This document shows, in pieces, positions 38,804 through 52,127 of a DNA stretch of 64,000 bases. A program made the translations under genes and the position numbers. The stretch lies in the NCBI RefSeq assembly GCF_006345805.1, contig NC_042998.1:93310001-93374000 (forward strand), given 5' to 3'. Within the stretch, counting starts at the first letter, position 1. The number at the start of each line of letters is the position of its first letter. The notes under the pieces were generated by a model, which had not been told where the DNA came from, ran no database searches, and saw nothing but the letters and a program-made list of their open reading frames with translations. The DNA comes from Octopus sinensis (lineage: Eukaryota).

Positions 38804-41074
38804 TATATTTACTCCAGAAACAAAAAAATTGCATTGCTCAATTCAGTTGCAATCTTTTATATTTTTAAAGTTCAAATCCTTATAAGATCAAATTCCTATT
38901 CCTTTTACTAGGGTTAATAAAATAAATATGATAATTTACTGCAGTTAATTTAATCAAATATAACCCACCTTACTAATTTGTGGCTTTTTATCAATGTAAG
39001 AAATTAATATTTTCCCATGTATTAAATTGATTCCTTAAAATGGAAAAGATAATAGGTAAAACAATACACACGCACACACACATCAAGCTTCTTGCTCTAG
39101 TAACTACAATATAAACCTCAGGCTTGATTTATTGCTTCTCTCTCTCTCTCTTTCTCTTTCTCCCTTACTCTCTGTCCTTCTCTCCTTGCTTTACTTCTTT
39201 TAATTGATTTTTCAGATGATATAATAGTTTAATATAGTTGAAATGCTAATTTATAAATATAAACATACATTCATATAGGGAATTAGGTTAATGACTAATG
39301 CATATGTATTACTGAGACATTTAATTTTCTTTATGAATATAAATTTAAAAATGAAATCACTTCTTTTATTATTGGTTTTGTGTCTGATGCATTTCCCCAA
39401 TTTACACATTCAATACATATCAATGTGTGGAACTATTTTACACATGTCTATCCATGTACACTTATTTATATCTGTGTACACATTTTGTATATGTCTATAT
39501 GTATCTACAAATTCTACACATAATTATTTATGTTAGCATATTCAGAAATGACTATCTAATGAGTTGAATTGATAGTCGCCACAGATTTTTTCATTTTCCT
39601 TCAAATATTACAGTTGAGAAATTAGATAAAATATTTTGTAATATAGGTTGCTTAAAATACTTCCTCAATAAATTATTTTCTATTCATGCAAAAAATTCCA
39701 CTGGAAAAAAGAAAAACAGTCATGCTGGAAAAACTATTAGTTATTTAAAATTAAAATTATTTCTGCTTGAATTATTGCAATTCCTTTCATTAATCACCCC
39801 ATATAATCCCTTTGGGATATATAAGTATTTCTGGGTGCACACTAACATCAAGGGTTAAGCCAAAGCACCAGTGATTGTCTTTTAAGATTTGTCTAATTCT
39901 GTATCAAGCTTCAGACTTTTATTCATCTAAAATTTCTCTCCACATTGATATCATTAATAAAATTTTATGATGGGGTTGCAAATAGGGAAATACTCTGGTA
40001 GAGAGGGAAGGAAAAGCAACAGCTGTGGAGAAATTAGAAATATATCTTCACTCGTATCGGAAACACTCTAATATTTGGAAATGCATGTGTAACATTACAC
40101 CAATAATTATTTTTTCAGTGATTTCAAACTGCCTTTCAAAATGTTCATCTTTCATTAATTGAATATGGTTTTTTCCGTCTCAACTATTTTCTTAGTTACC
40201 ATATTCTGTTGAAAAGCACTGCCTTTGTTTCAATTAGTTTTGAAATTAAGGAACAATTTATCAAGATAATTTTGTCATCATTACACTGATGTTTGGAGCA
40301 GATATTAACATGAAATTTTGACAGAAGGCTTTAACACATCACTTTAAAAGATCTCTAAAACAGGAAGTTAATATCATAGAACCAAGATTGGTATCAAAAG
40401 AAAGGTCTGAAAAAGTTCATGTAAAGAAATCAGTTGGAGCAAAATAAACAAACAAGATTAATTATAATGAGGCTGATTGGTGAGAATTTATAATTTTGTT
40501 ACATGATTACAAATTTCTTGGAAAAAGTGAAATGATATTGGTGGTGTCTATTTTATTGACCTCCTTTGAGATAAAGACAATCTCAACAGGGTTTTAATTG
40601 TGAGAAAAAGCAGATTTAATAAAATATTAGAAAGTATTTGTCAGGGAAAGAGTGAAGTAGTGAATGATATAAGCAAAATATTTACAGATAATTGGAAATT
40701 AAGACTTAATTCCACAAAACTATTGAATTACATACTTAGGGAAAGCTAATAATTATTAGCAAACAAGGTGACAGTCACTGACATGTTTTGGCTTTACTGA
40801 ACTTTGTCAAAGAACCATAGCCAAACACAAATCTGCTGGATCAATCAACAGATTTTCTTTGTAAATAGTTTAGAAAAATTTGATTTGCAAAAGCTTATAT
40901 TATTAAAAAAATACCACTTATTCTATACAGTTACCTCTCAGCACAAACACTTTTCCAATTCTTACACGATAAAATACTTTTCACAAAAACGAAAGATATT
41001 TCTAGTGATGTAGTGTAAAGCTCACAAAAGCATTTCAGTCACTTAAATATGATAAAAGATAGCAAGAAATAGAC

Positions 41075-41570
41075 TACAATAAGTAACAGTAGAGTATGTG
41101 GTTGTATGGGGAAACATTTCATCACAGTTTCCGGCTGCCTTGCCTTAGCTAAAATCAAAATAAAATATATATGTGAGCATAGCAAATTTAGAACTTTCAT
41201 GCACTGGAAATTATGTTAGCACTATGAAATACCAACTAAAAAGAGTTGGTATAAATCTATGTTAGAAATGGGCATAGAAAATGAAGGAACTTAGTCTGGG
41301 ACATGCCAACTTACACACAGAGGGAGACTAAGGGAAAATGACCACTTATTGTTAATGACTATTAGGAGAAGAAACATTTGCTACTTGATGCATCAATTCC
41401 AACTGAGAGAAAAATAGATGCAAACAAATACATAATAAAAATCTCAAGACTTACAAATATACACAACTTACAACAATTAGCATAGCATAGCACTCAGTTA
41501 ATTACATAGAAAACTTTAGATACAATTTATTAAGTAAATTATATCATTGCTTGTACCCAAGGCACAGATA
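41075..41570 (+). mobile_element. Old degenerate R4/Dong copy
   Basis: Manual translation across stops and frameshifts gives RVCG...VSGCLALAK, MHWKLC*HYEIPTKKSWY...ENEG and VWDMPTYTQRETKGK*PLIVNDY*EKKHLLLDASIP, collinear with the young copy. The 3'UTR motif tacccaaggcaca is shared. Confidence 0.8.
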
Positions 41571-41979
41571 CCAGATACCAGACATCTCACCTATGTCTAT
41601 GTTTCATCGAAGACTGCAGTTCAGTCAAAGAGACAAACTGCTGAAAGACAGGAACATAAAACAACCACCAACAAAATAGAGAACAGGAGTAACAAGGTAA
41701 TTAATTTCACATTGAGAAGGTGAAGCAGAGCCAAGATCAACATTTCAGACAGTAGTCCTTCATCAAAACAAACAGAGAAAGGGTGGGGGAAGTATAAAAA
41801 AATTACATGATAGCAGTGAAAGTGACAGAGTGGAAAATATAACAGAGATACATGGAGTAAGATGATGGTGTTTTGCATCTAAGGTGTATTTTTCAGTCGA
41901 GGCATATAAGATGCCAGTATGCTTTACATATATATGTGTATATGTATAGGGTAGTATTAGTTGGACATGTTGTAGCCTT

Positions 41980-42230
41980 AATCTTCACTTTGTTCACTAA
42001 AATCACTCCAGCATTATACAGTTGGGACACCGACTGCATTGGCATCACCTATCTTACTTGTGAACAGCTCAACTTCATTACTTTTGTCAACACCTGTCAT
42101 CCTGCCCCAATTCTCGCATAAACTATGTGCAGTACTTCTAGTTTTCACAAACTCAGTAACTCTCACTCCTTCCTTGACTTCACCTTGTCCCACCCCACTC
42201 ACAACAACTGTGCAATCTCATACCTCAGAA
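41980..42230 (+). mobile_element. Second Penelope-like RT fragment (different family)
   Basis: DTDCIGITYLTCEQLNFITFVNTCHPA and SHSFLDFTLS resemble the PLE RT pattern YIDDC.G.....L..FI.FVN.FHP.L...S.PFLD. Confidence 0.6.
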
Positions 42231-42623
42231 TTCTTACCACTTGCTGTTTTTGCCTCTTTGGAAATATTTTGGATATCTACAGTGATATTGTCTTAACTTA
42301 CTTTAAAATTTACAGTTTAAAGCAAAAAGAAGAAAAAGGAAATAAGTTCAGAAAAAAAAATCAAGAATTTTTTATCTTGGTATGATAGTGGTTAATAATA
42401 AACTTTTGTTCTATTGCACTTATATAGAGAAATTTTTCCTTTCAATAAGAAGCAACTTGAGACTATCCATACAAAAGTATTCGCGTAAAAATTAATTCCA
42501 TCACAACTCATCAACAGTATAATGAAATTTCTGGTGATGAACTACAGCAATGCCAAGTAGGAAAACAAATGTTAAATACTGATGATGATGTTGTTGATGA
42601 TGATAATGTATGTATATATTTGT

Positions 42624-42667
<44 letters not shown>

Positions 42668-42672
<5 letters not shown>

Positions 42673-42840
42673 CATCTTCACCTTGACCGACCAGTCTGTC
42701 AGGTGTCCATTTGACACCGCTGGTCACAGCACACTGTCCACTTCTCTCTGGATCGGGCCTTTCTCATCCACGTGATCCCAATAATCCTCCTGAAATCGTA
42801 ACCCCACCGCTGTGGAGGCCTTCTGAGTGGTCGTCGTATA
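42668..42840 (-). mobile_element. 3' end of a distinct RTE LINE
   Basis: [45 protein letters not shown], a typical RTE C-terminus (RP.GRP..RW.D......W...A.DR..W), followed by the tail cagactggtcggtcaaggtgaagatgat; (TA)n on both sides. Confidence 0.75.
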
Positions 42841-42844
42841 TGTA

Positions 42845-42912
<68 letters not shown>

Positions 42913-43155
42913 TATATGTATATGTATATATAGGAAGGGAATCCAGCTGTAGAAACTCTGCCAGATCAAGTTTGGAGCCTGTTGCAGCCAACTGGTTCGC
43001 TAGCCCTCAGTCAAATCGTCCAACCCATGCTAGCATAGAAAGTAGACGTTAAACAATGACGACGATGATGATGATGATGATGATGTATACATATATATTT
43101 ATATATATGTATATGTATACATATATATGTATACATATGTATATATGTATATATA

Positions 43156-43193
<38 letters not shown>

Positions 43194-43256
43194 ACATACA
43201 CAAAGAGAGAGTGTCATACATATAAATATGGGTGTATATCTATATATGTGTGTGCA

Positions 43257-43313
<57 letters not shown>

Positions 43314-43495
43314 TAAAAAAATGTATGATAGATTGCAGTCAATTCATTCTCTCTTACCTGTTTGTGTCTGCCTTCCAAATGCTGTTTTTACTGAGATCTC
43401 CCTTTTTAGTAGAAGAAATAGCTATAACCCTTTGACTGCTATTTCTAAATTCGGTATGTGGTAAGGCAACTCGTTGCTAAACCCTTATTGCTTAG

Positions 43496-43526
<31 letters not shown>

Positions 43527-44414
43527 CAGAAATAATATTTCTTACACACTCACACACACACACGTATATAGTTACACATATTTGATTAAACCCTCTTCAA
43601 AATCTTCATTCTGTACAAAATTACAACCACTCAAGAAGCTGACTCTTTAGAAATATAGCTACAAAAGTAAAACCAACACCTACCATTCTCAACCACATTG
43701 TATCTATGTGGAATTCAGTTCACATAAATAAGGTTTAATAACATCTGCTTCACCTCTGCCAATAGCTAATCCAACTGGTGTTGATTACACTTCAAATTTA
43801 TCTTGCACTAAAGCTAGTCAGCATGGTCTTCTATGCCAGAGGTCTAAACCCAACCATTTATATTGTTTTTATAGTATTTGTTTCCTATTTCCTTCTAACT
43901 TGAAAGAATTTGGCATTTACTAATTAGTAACTTTTGAGTTAACACCTCAACTTACAAATAAATAAGTTTATTATATACTCTGCAGAAAACTATCTTAAAA
44001 ATTGTAATAAAAAATAAGAACTTTGAATTGCATATATATATATATGTATATGTGTGTTTGTTTGAACCTCACTGTGAGTTAAATAAGAATGTAAACACAT
44101 TATTTCTATACTATAGATGTGTAGAAAAAAAAAGGAAGGGATCTCCTAAAGGACTGCCATGTGGTTTATTGACAATTCCTCAAAAAAGACATACTCAGAT
44201 TCAGTAATCTTAGAAGTTTTGTAACATCTAAATTTATTTCACTTCTTCTCATTTACAGTGTTGTGCATGGGCAGACAGACAGACAGACATATAAATAGAT
44301 AGATATATAGATAGATAACATGTAGTAAGAAACATTAGGAAGAGCTTAGTTGTAGATTTGCAAGTGTTTTATACATACATATAAATATATACACACACAC
44401 ACACACATACATAT

Positions 44415-44479
<65 letters not shown>

Positions 44480-46423
44480 CATATGCACTGCACACAGAGA
44501 GAGACACAGAGACACACACATACGTGTGCGTATGTACTCATTAGTTTCTGCATAATTTGAATCAGAAATTGTTGTTTTGCTTCAGTTTTGATCTAATCAA
44601 GCAGTCTTATGATCAAAGGCATTTCAGCCTTGACCAAGCTGTCATTTCCCACACATTAGGAAGAATGTCCGATCACAGAAACCATGCCATGCTAAAATTG
44701 AGGCATGATGCAGTCCTTGGGCCTATGGATCCTGTCAAATCCTCTAACCCACGCTGGCATCAAACATGTATTTTTAATAGTGATGATGATGATGACAATG
44801 ATGATGATGGTGATGATGGTGATGACGATGATGATGTCATTATCTAATGTGGCCTTCCTTTTTCTATTTAAACAACAGAGACTTGATTGTTGTTTGTAGT
44901 AGGTCAAGCAGCCACATAGGAGTTTGATTGGTCATTTGATTAGTTTCAGTAGAATTTATTTGTGCTAAAACTGTTTGCTGTTTAGTCACATAGCAGTTTA
45001 TATAAGACAAAATATGTATTTTCAGAAGAACATACAGAGACGTGTGAACTATTCTGATAACATCTATTAATAAAATTGGGCTACTAATATCTTCATAGTC
45101 ATATCTTTCTACTGATGTCATAATTTACTTTAATATACTTATTTTGAACAACTTTCTGCTTTTATCACATCATAACTTCATCTATTTATAATGACATCAT
45201 AATATAGCTTGTGATTAGGAAACTTGCAGGTGATCCGTTATGAGTGGTAAAATTCTTAATGCATGGGCACAAATCACTTTTCATGGCATACAAGTGACTG
45301 AAATTACAACAGTCCTCCTTGAATGGGGCACCAGACCATTCATGGGTTAACTTCCCAACTATTGCTGGAACACATTTACTGCTGGGTGAACTGGAGCAGC
45401 AGAAAATGAAGTGTTTGCTCAAGGAAATAACACACCACCTAGTCTGGAAATAAAACAACAACTTCATGATCATGAATGCAATCCCATAACCACTTGGCCA
45501 CATACCTTCACAACTTAAATTATTATTGCTTATGAAGAAGCTGGATATTCTGTCATTCATTGGGAAAAAGAAACTAGGTACATCTTTTCTGAGGAGCAGT
45601 CAACAAACAGTGAAATGGTCCACCATGAGACTCCTTTCTTGTTTTGCTGTACATCAAAGGCCTGCAAGAAAGTTGTCTGCATTAATATCTCTTCCACATC
45701 CAAGTTTTCTAATACTAAAATTTATTTTTTGCTGTGGTGCATAAAATATATATTGATAAATTTTGCCTCCGCCACCTGACTGGCTCCCTTGCCAGTGGCA
45801 TGTAAAAAGCACCAATCGAGCATGGTCAGTGCCAGTGCTACCTGATTGGCTCCCATGCTGATGGCATGTAAAAAGCACCCATTACACTCTTGGTTGGCAT
45901 TAGGAGGGGCATCCAGCTATAGAAATCTTGCCAGATCAGAGTGGAGATTGGTACAGCCTCCTGGCTAGCTAGTCCTCAGTCAAACTGGCCAGCCCATGCC
46001 AGCATGGAAAGCGAATGTTGAACGGTGATGCTGATCATGACGATAATTTTAGTATGTTCAAAACTAAAAGTAATGAAGAAAAGTAAGGTATTTTACTTGC
46101 TTAAAAAGAAACAATAAAGATCATTTCTCTCTCTCTCTCATCATTTGATATCTGCTTTTCATTCTGGTATGCATCAGATGGTTTGATAGGAGTTGGCAAG
46201 CCAGAAGACTGCACCAGGTTTCACTGTCTGGTTTAGTATGGGTTTTATTGCTGGATGCCCTTCATAATGCCAACCACTTTACAGAGTGACTTGGGTGCAT
46301 TTTAAATAGCCGTACCCCAGTGAGGTCTGCTTTGGCACAATTTTTACAGCTGAATATCTTTCTAAATACCAACTACTTTACAGTGTGAACAGGATGCTTT
46401 TTACATGGCAATATATATGTGTT

Positions 46424-46454
<31 letters not shown>

Positions 46455-46464
46455 GTGTGTGTGT

Positions 46465-46518
<54 letters not shown>

Positions 46519-47507
46519 AGTTATAAGGATTCATCAAAATCTTGGCACATCAATACATAGGATGCCAGAAATGACTAGGTACGACAGCATAAAACCCACA
46601 GTAATGTAAACAACATTGAAAACATCAAGTATTGGTAAGATACTGTAAATATGCAAGCACCAAATCCAGTCTAAGCCATAGATCTTACTCTGAGGTTGGT
46701 CCTTGCAATGATGTAGATATAAAACATTCAAAATTTAAAACAGCCATGTCATACATTTTAAATGTCATTTGTGCTTTCTTTATGTATATACACGTATGCA
46801 AATACACCCCCACACCCCACCACACACGTGGGTGGTGCAATGTGTCCTTGAACAAGACACTTTATTTCTTGCTGTTCCAGTCCAATCAACTGGCAAAAAT
46901 GAGTTGTACCTGAAATTCAAAGGGCTAGCCTTGTCACATTCTATGTCAAGCTGAATCTCCCTAAAAGCTGCATTAAGGGTACACATGTCTGTGGAGTGTT
47001 CAGCCACTTGCACATTGATTTCACAAGCAGGTTGTTCCGTTGATCAGCTCAACTGGAACCCTTTGAGCCATAACTGATAGAGTGTCAGTGTGTACTTGTG
47101 TGAGCATTTGCCTCCAGCATCAAAACATATTGTCTCCAAATCAGGTTGCATGTACAGTCAGCCATACCAAATCCTCAAAATCCAAACAGTGGCACCCAGT
47201 CATTCCAAGAATTAGTTCTTTAAACAATATTGATATCTGTAGCATTGCAAGCAAGTAACAATAATAGTTCTAAAAATAATGAGAATTAATTTTTGCAATT
47301 TCTCATTTCATTTCTTCATAAGAACAAAACAATTAAATAAAACAATTAAATAACAGCAAAGCTAACAAGTGAACAATTTTCAAAGAAGTAGGAGCTGATT
47401 ATTGCTTTGTTATAAACTAATTTAATCTATTAATTTCATTAAAATATATATTTAAAACCTTAGCAAATTGATTATCTTCATAGATTATGTTACTGTCTGT
47501 TTCAAAT

Positions 47508-47546
<39 letters not shown>

Positions 47547-49429
47547 GGAAATATAACAATATTGAAATGAATAGGCGCAGGTGCAGATATGTGCTAAGAA
47601 GCTTGCTTCCCAAACATATGGTTTCATATTCAGTCCCATTGTATGGCATCTTGAGCAAGTGTCTTCTTCTATAGCCCCAGGCCAACCAAAAGACTTATGA
47701 GTGGATTTGGTGGACAGAACTTGGAAGAAGCTTCTCATATCATCATCATCATTGTCATTATCAGCACCATTTAACGTCTATTGTCCATGCTAGCATGGAA
47801 AAGTGAACTTTAAAATGACACGATGATGATGATGACGATGATGATGAGGACAATGAAAAAATTTTATGGAATAGAAGGAAAAATTTCAAAGGTTTACAGA
47901 TAAATAGGTTTTCAAAGAAAACCTATCATGTACAGCAAACTGAAATGTGAAACAAATTAGGGTCATGATTGTTTTAAACATATCAAATGAAATCAGAAGA
48001 CTTAAAGGGAGAATTAAGAGAGGATATATATGAAATGTATTCTCTTTTATCATAGAGATAAAAGGGAATACATTTTCTTTTATCCTTGAAATTTTGGGGG
48101 AAGAGATGAGTAGATTACATTGACCCAGTATTTGAATAATACATTTTTTTTTTATCAATCTCCAAAGGATGAAAAGCAGAGTCAGCCCTGGCAGAATTTG
48201 AACTCAGAAAGTAGAAAAAAAATACCCTTAGGTGTTTTGTACAATGTGCTACCAATTCTGTCAGTGGACTACTCTTACTGTGAAGTCCCAGTCAATTCTT
48301 TGTTCCAGGAAAGACTTTGCTCTCTTTATTACTAAGTTTTTGTATTTTCAGCTACATTAAAAAATTATTATAAGTTATTTGTGGGAATCTCAATGTTAGC
48401 ACCCCAAATGTGCCTAGGTTGCCATCTGTATAGTGCCAACTTTGTAGAGTAGTCAAGTTCGGAAAGAAGACCAAGTTATGATCAGAACTGTTACAGCTAC
48501 AATCATACTATATTTTTTTTTTCAGACAGTATATCTAGGTTTGCATTATCCAATATTTGTTTTTTATATTTGAGTTGTGAGGATGTAATTTGAGAGAGAG
48601 ATTTGCTATTTCTCACTGGTCAAAAGAGCACTAAGAAGTGCCATCATTAGCTGATGTGTGAGGGTTGTTAGTAGTTAGGTAACAGAGCTTGCAGACAAAG
48701 TGATTATAGGACAATAGACAAAGTTTTATTGGCTAAGAATAGTTTTTGCAAAACGCTTACTCCTGATGTAAAAAAAAGCAAATGAAATGGGTTTTCTTTA
48801 TCAAAGGAAAAACATTTGATGTGAGGCAAGAAGCCAAAAGCTTTGATGGGAAGAGATAATGAGGATTCATTGAACATGAAATTCAAAGCTGGGTTGAGTT
48901 TTGACAAACTGAGAAGAGATTTCATCCCACCCATCTCTGCAAAAGCTGGGAGTTAAAGATATGAGAATGAAAGAGGAGACTGATATTGTAATAATAGAAA
49001 ATGGTGTTAGTTTGTACTAAGTAAGCTTAAAGAGAACTCCCTTTCACTCCAAAACATTTATAAATTAGATTAAGTTAATAAAGAAAATAACTGTAGATAT
49101 TTCAGAGAGATTGCTTTTAACAACTTGATTAAGTAATTTTAGAGAATACATGTACATATGTAAATGTAACATATATATATATATATGTATAGACACACAC
49201 ACACACAGAGTAATCCCTGGACATGTCTTGGTTCACCTATCACAGTTTATCATTTAAGTTTATGTCGATTCCTCTTTGGTGCTGTTTTGCATTTATAATA
49301 AAATAAATATATACAAACTATAAAAATAATATTAAAAAAAATATAGAGTATAATATTGTTTCTATTTCATGGATTTTCACCTATTGTGGGAGGTTTTGGA
49401 ACATAACACCTGTGATAGTCGAGGGATTA

Positions 49430-49479
<50 letters not shown>

Positions 49480-49482
<3 letters not shown>

Positions 49483-50103
49483 GAGAGCTGTGTGAAGAAG
49501 TGTCACTCCCTAACAGTGGAAGGAACCTGTGGAAGAGGGAGACCCAGGAAGACATAGGATGAGGTGTTGAAGCATGACCTTTGAACGTTGGGCCTCACAG
49601 AGGTAATGACAAAAGACAGAGACCTCTGGAGATATGCTGTTATTGAGAAGACCCTGCAAGTAAAGTGAGATCACAGCCATAGCCTGTACCAGTGTTGCAT
49701 AATCAGCCCATTTAAAAAGTACCTTTGAATCGTTGGGTGAGATGCTGTGCTTGAGGAGACCTATTGAGTCAAGCAAAATCAAAATCAAAAATCAAATCAC
49801 AAGTGGAAATTGTAGTTGTGACTGATGCCAGTGCCACCTGACTGGCTCTCATGCTGGTGGCACACAATAAGCACCATTCATGCATGGGTTGTTGCCACTG
49901 CTGCCTGACTGGCTCCTGTGCTGCTGGCATGTAAAAAGCATCCACTACACTGTTGGAGTGGTTGGTGTTAGGAAGGGAATCCAGCTGTAGAAACATTGCC
50001 AGATCAGATTGGAGTGTGGTGAGGCCTCCTGGCTTACCAGTCCCTAATCAAACCATCCAGCCCATGCCAGCATGGAAAACAGACATTAAACGATGATGAT
50101 GAT
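49480..50103 (+). mobile_element. 5'-truncated RTE LINE, same family as 32375-33096
   Basis: EESCVKKCHSLTVEGTCGRGRPRKT; same 3'UTR and (GAT)n tail; (TA)n on both sides. Confidence 0.87.
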
Positions 50104-50104
50104 A

Positions 50105-50140
<36 letters not shown>

Positions 50141-51984
50141 TGTATGTATGATGTATGTATGTATGTATGTATGTATGTATGTACATGTATGTATATATGT
50201 ATGTACATGTATGTATGTATGGATATATATATATATAATATATATATATGTAAGTTTGGAGTTATACTCCCTAATATTATATATATATATAGTTTTAACT
50301 AATATTCAGAGTTTTTTTATAAGATCATAGAGGTGATCTGGTTACTACAATGAAATTGTTTCAATTGGTTTCAGTTGAATTATCTTCAGTCTAAACGAAT
50401 ATATAATTAAATAAAACCTTCACTTTTTAAAATATTTTTAGCCTTTTCTCTTTTGTAACCAATTTCAAAATTAAATTTTAAAAATTTCAATTAAAATTTC
50501 CACCTTTACAAAAGTTTATTATTGCTATTTAACCCCAAAGTAACCCCTAACCAAACAGGCTAGATCAAAAGCACTCCAGCCTTGACCACCACATCTCACA
50601 TCTTTCTTTTTTTTTCATAGACATAGAAATTTGGACTATATAATCCAATGTGTCCAATTTATTTTATAACAGACATTGGAACCTGGTGTTGCTTTCAGCC
50701 TTGCTAACTCCTGTCAAACTACCCAGCCCATGCTGGAAAATGGACATGAAATGATTATGTTGATGATGAATGTAAGGAAGGACAAAATACTACAAAGCAT
50801 TTCATCCAGTTTGCTAACGATTCTGCAAGTGATTCTGACATTCGCTTTGATGTAAAAGTAATAGGGTTGAGAGGTATTTTGTAGTAATATAAAAGTAGAG
50901 TCGTTGCTTAGAAACATCTGAGAGAGGAGATATTTTATACACATTACAAGTTGCTAGTGACTATCTTACAGTCTACATTACCTGATATTTTATTTGGTAT
51001 TACACAGCAAAAAAATATTACAATAAAAGAAGATGATTTGAAACAAGGAGAACAAGCTAGATCAGATTTTCTTGATAACAATAAGTTAGTAAATTGATAC
51101 CTTGTATGGCACCTAGGGTAAATGACTTCGATTATAGCCTCAGACTAACAATACTTTGGTTGGTCTCTCACCCACTTCTTTCCCTCCATCTCTCTCTCTC
51201 TCTCTCTCTCTCACTCTCTCACACACAAACACATCTTATATCATTTTATGTCCGTTTTTCCATGCTAGTATGAGTTAGGGGAACATGATATTGAGGCTTT
51301 GTTTTACAGCTTGATTTCCTTCCTAAAACTAACCCTTACCTGTGTATCCAGTAAAGGATATCTTATTCCACATGACCTCTCAGGATATAAAGCAAGGGGA
51401 CAACATATCAACAGGAGAAATGCCTGCAGAAAATTAAACATGGCTATTGAATAATCAAGTGGCAGATATAAATAAATATATAGACACACACATAAGCATG
51501 CACACACACACACACACATACCTGTTTGATATATATACACGCATGTGTGTGTGTGTGTTTATATATGTTCACCCATTGCGATTTAAACTTTAAATTGGGT
51601 GACAAATAACAAATATTGATTTCAATATTTGGCACAAGGCCAGCAATTTCAGTGCAGGGTTAGGTCAATTACATCGAACCTAGTACTCAACTGGTACTTA
51701 ATTTATCAAAGGCAAAACCAGCCTCAGCGGAATTTGACCTCAGAACATGAAGATGGGCAATACGCCATTAACCATTTTGCCTGGCATATTAATGATTCTG
51801 CCAGGTCACCACCTTCAATGATTCTGCCAATGAAAACCATGTTTGAGTGTTATACAAACTATAGGTAGAAAACAAAACAAAATATGAAGGATTGCTTATA
51901 AGATATCTAATTACACAATCTTACATATGTTTCATTAACATAAAGTGACTACTAGTTACATTATGCAAATGACACAATCAGGAC

Positions 51985-52127
51985 TTATTGTCAAATCATC
52001 AGAAATGTAACTTTATGGACAACATTATTGGGTATTAAATAGATGACAGAATTTACCTTCTTTTGTTATATTTTCAATCCAATAATCTTTTGCATAAAGT
52101 TACATGTTTCTGCTGATTTGACAATAA
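51985..52127. repeat. Imperfect palindrome (about 143 nt)
   Basis: ttattgtcaaatcatcagaaatgtaactttatg... versus the reverse complement ttattgtcaaatcagcagaaacatgtaactttatg...; centre near 52054. Confidence 0.8.

Noticed and set aside
48240-48960. Possible minus-strand CR1-like relic; also GKFNIH endonuclease-like words near 3540-3570
   Set aside because: The motif matches are too short and degenerate to support by eye and would need a profile search.
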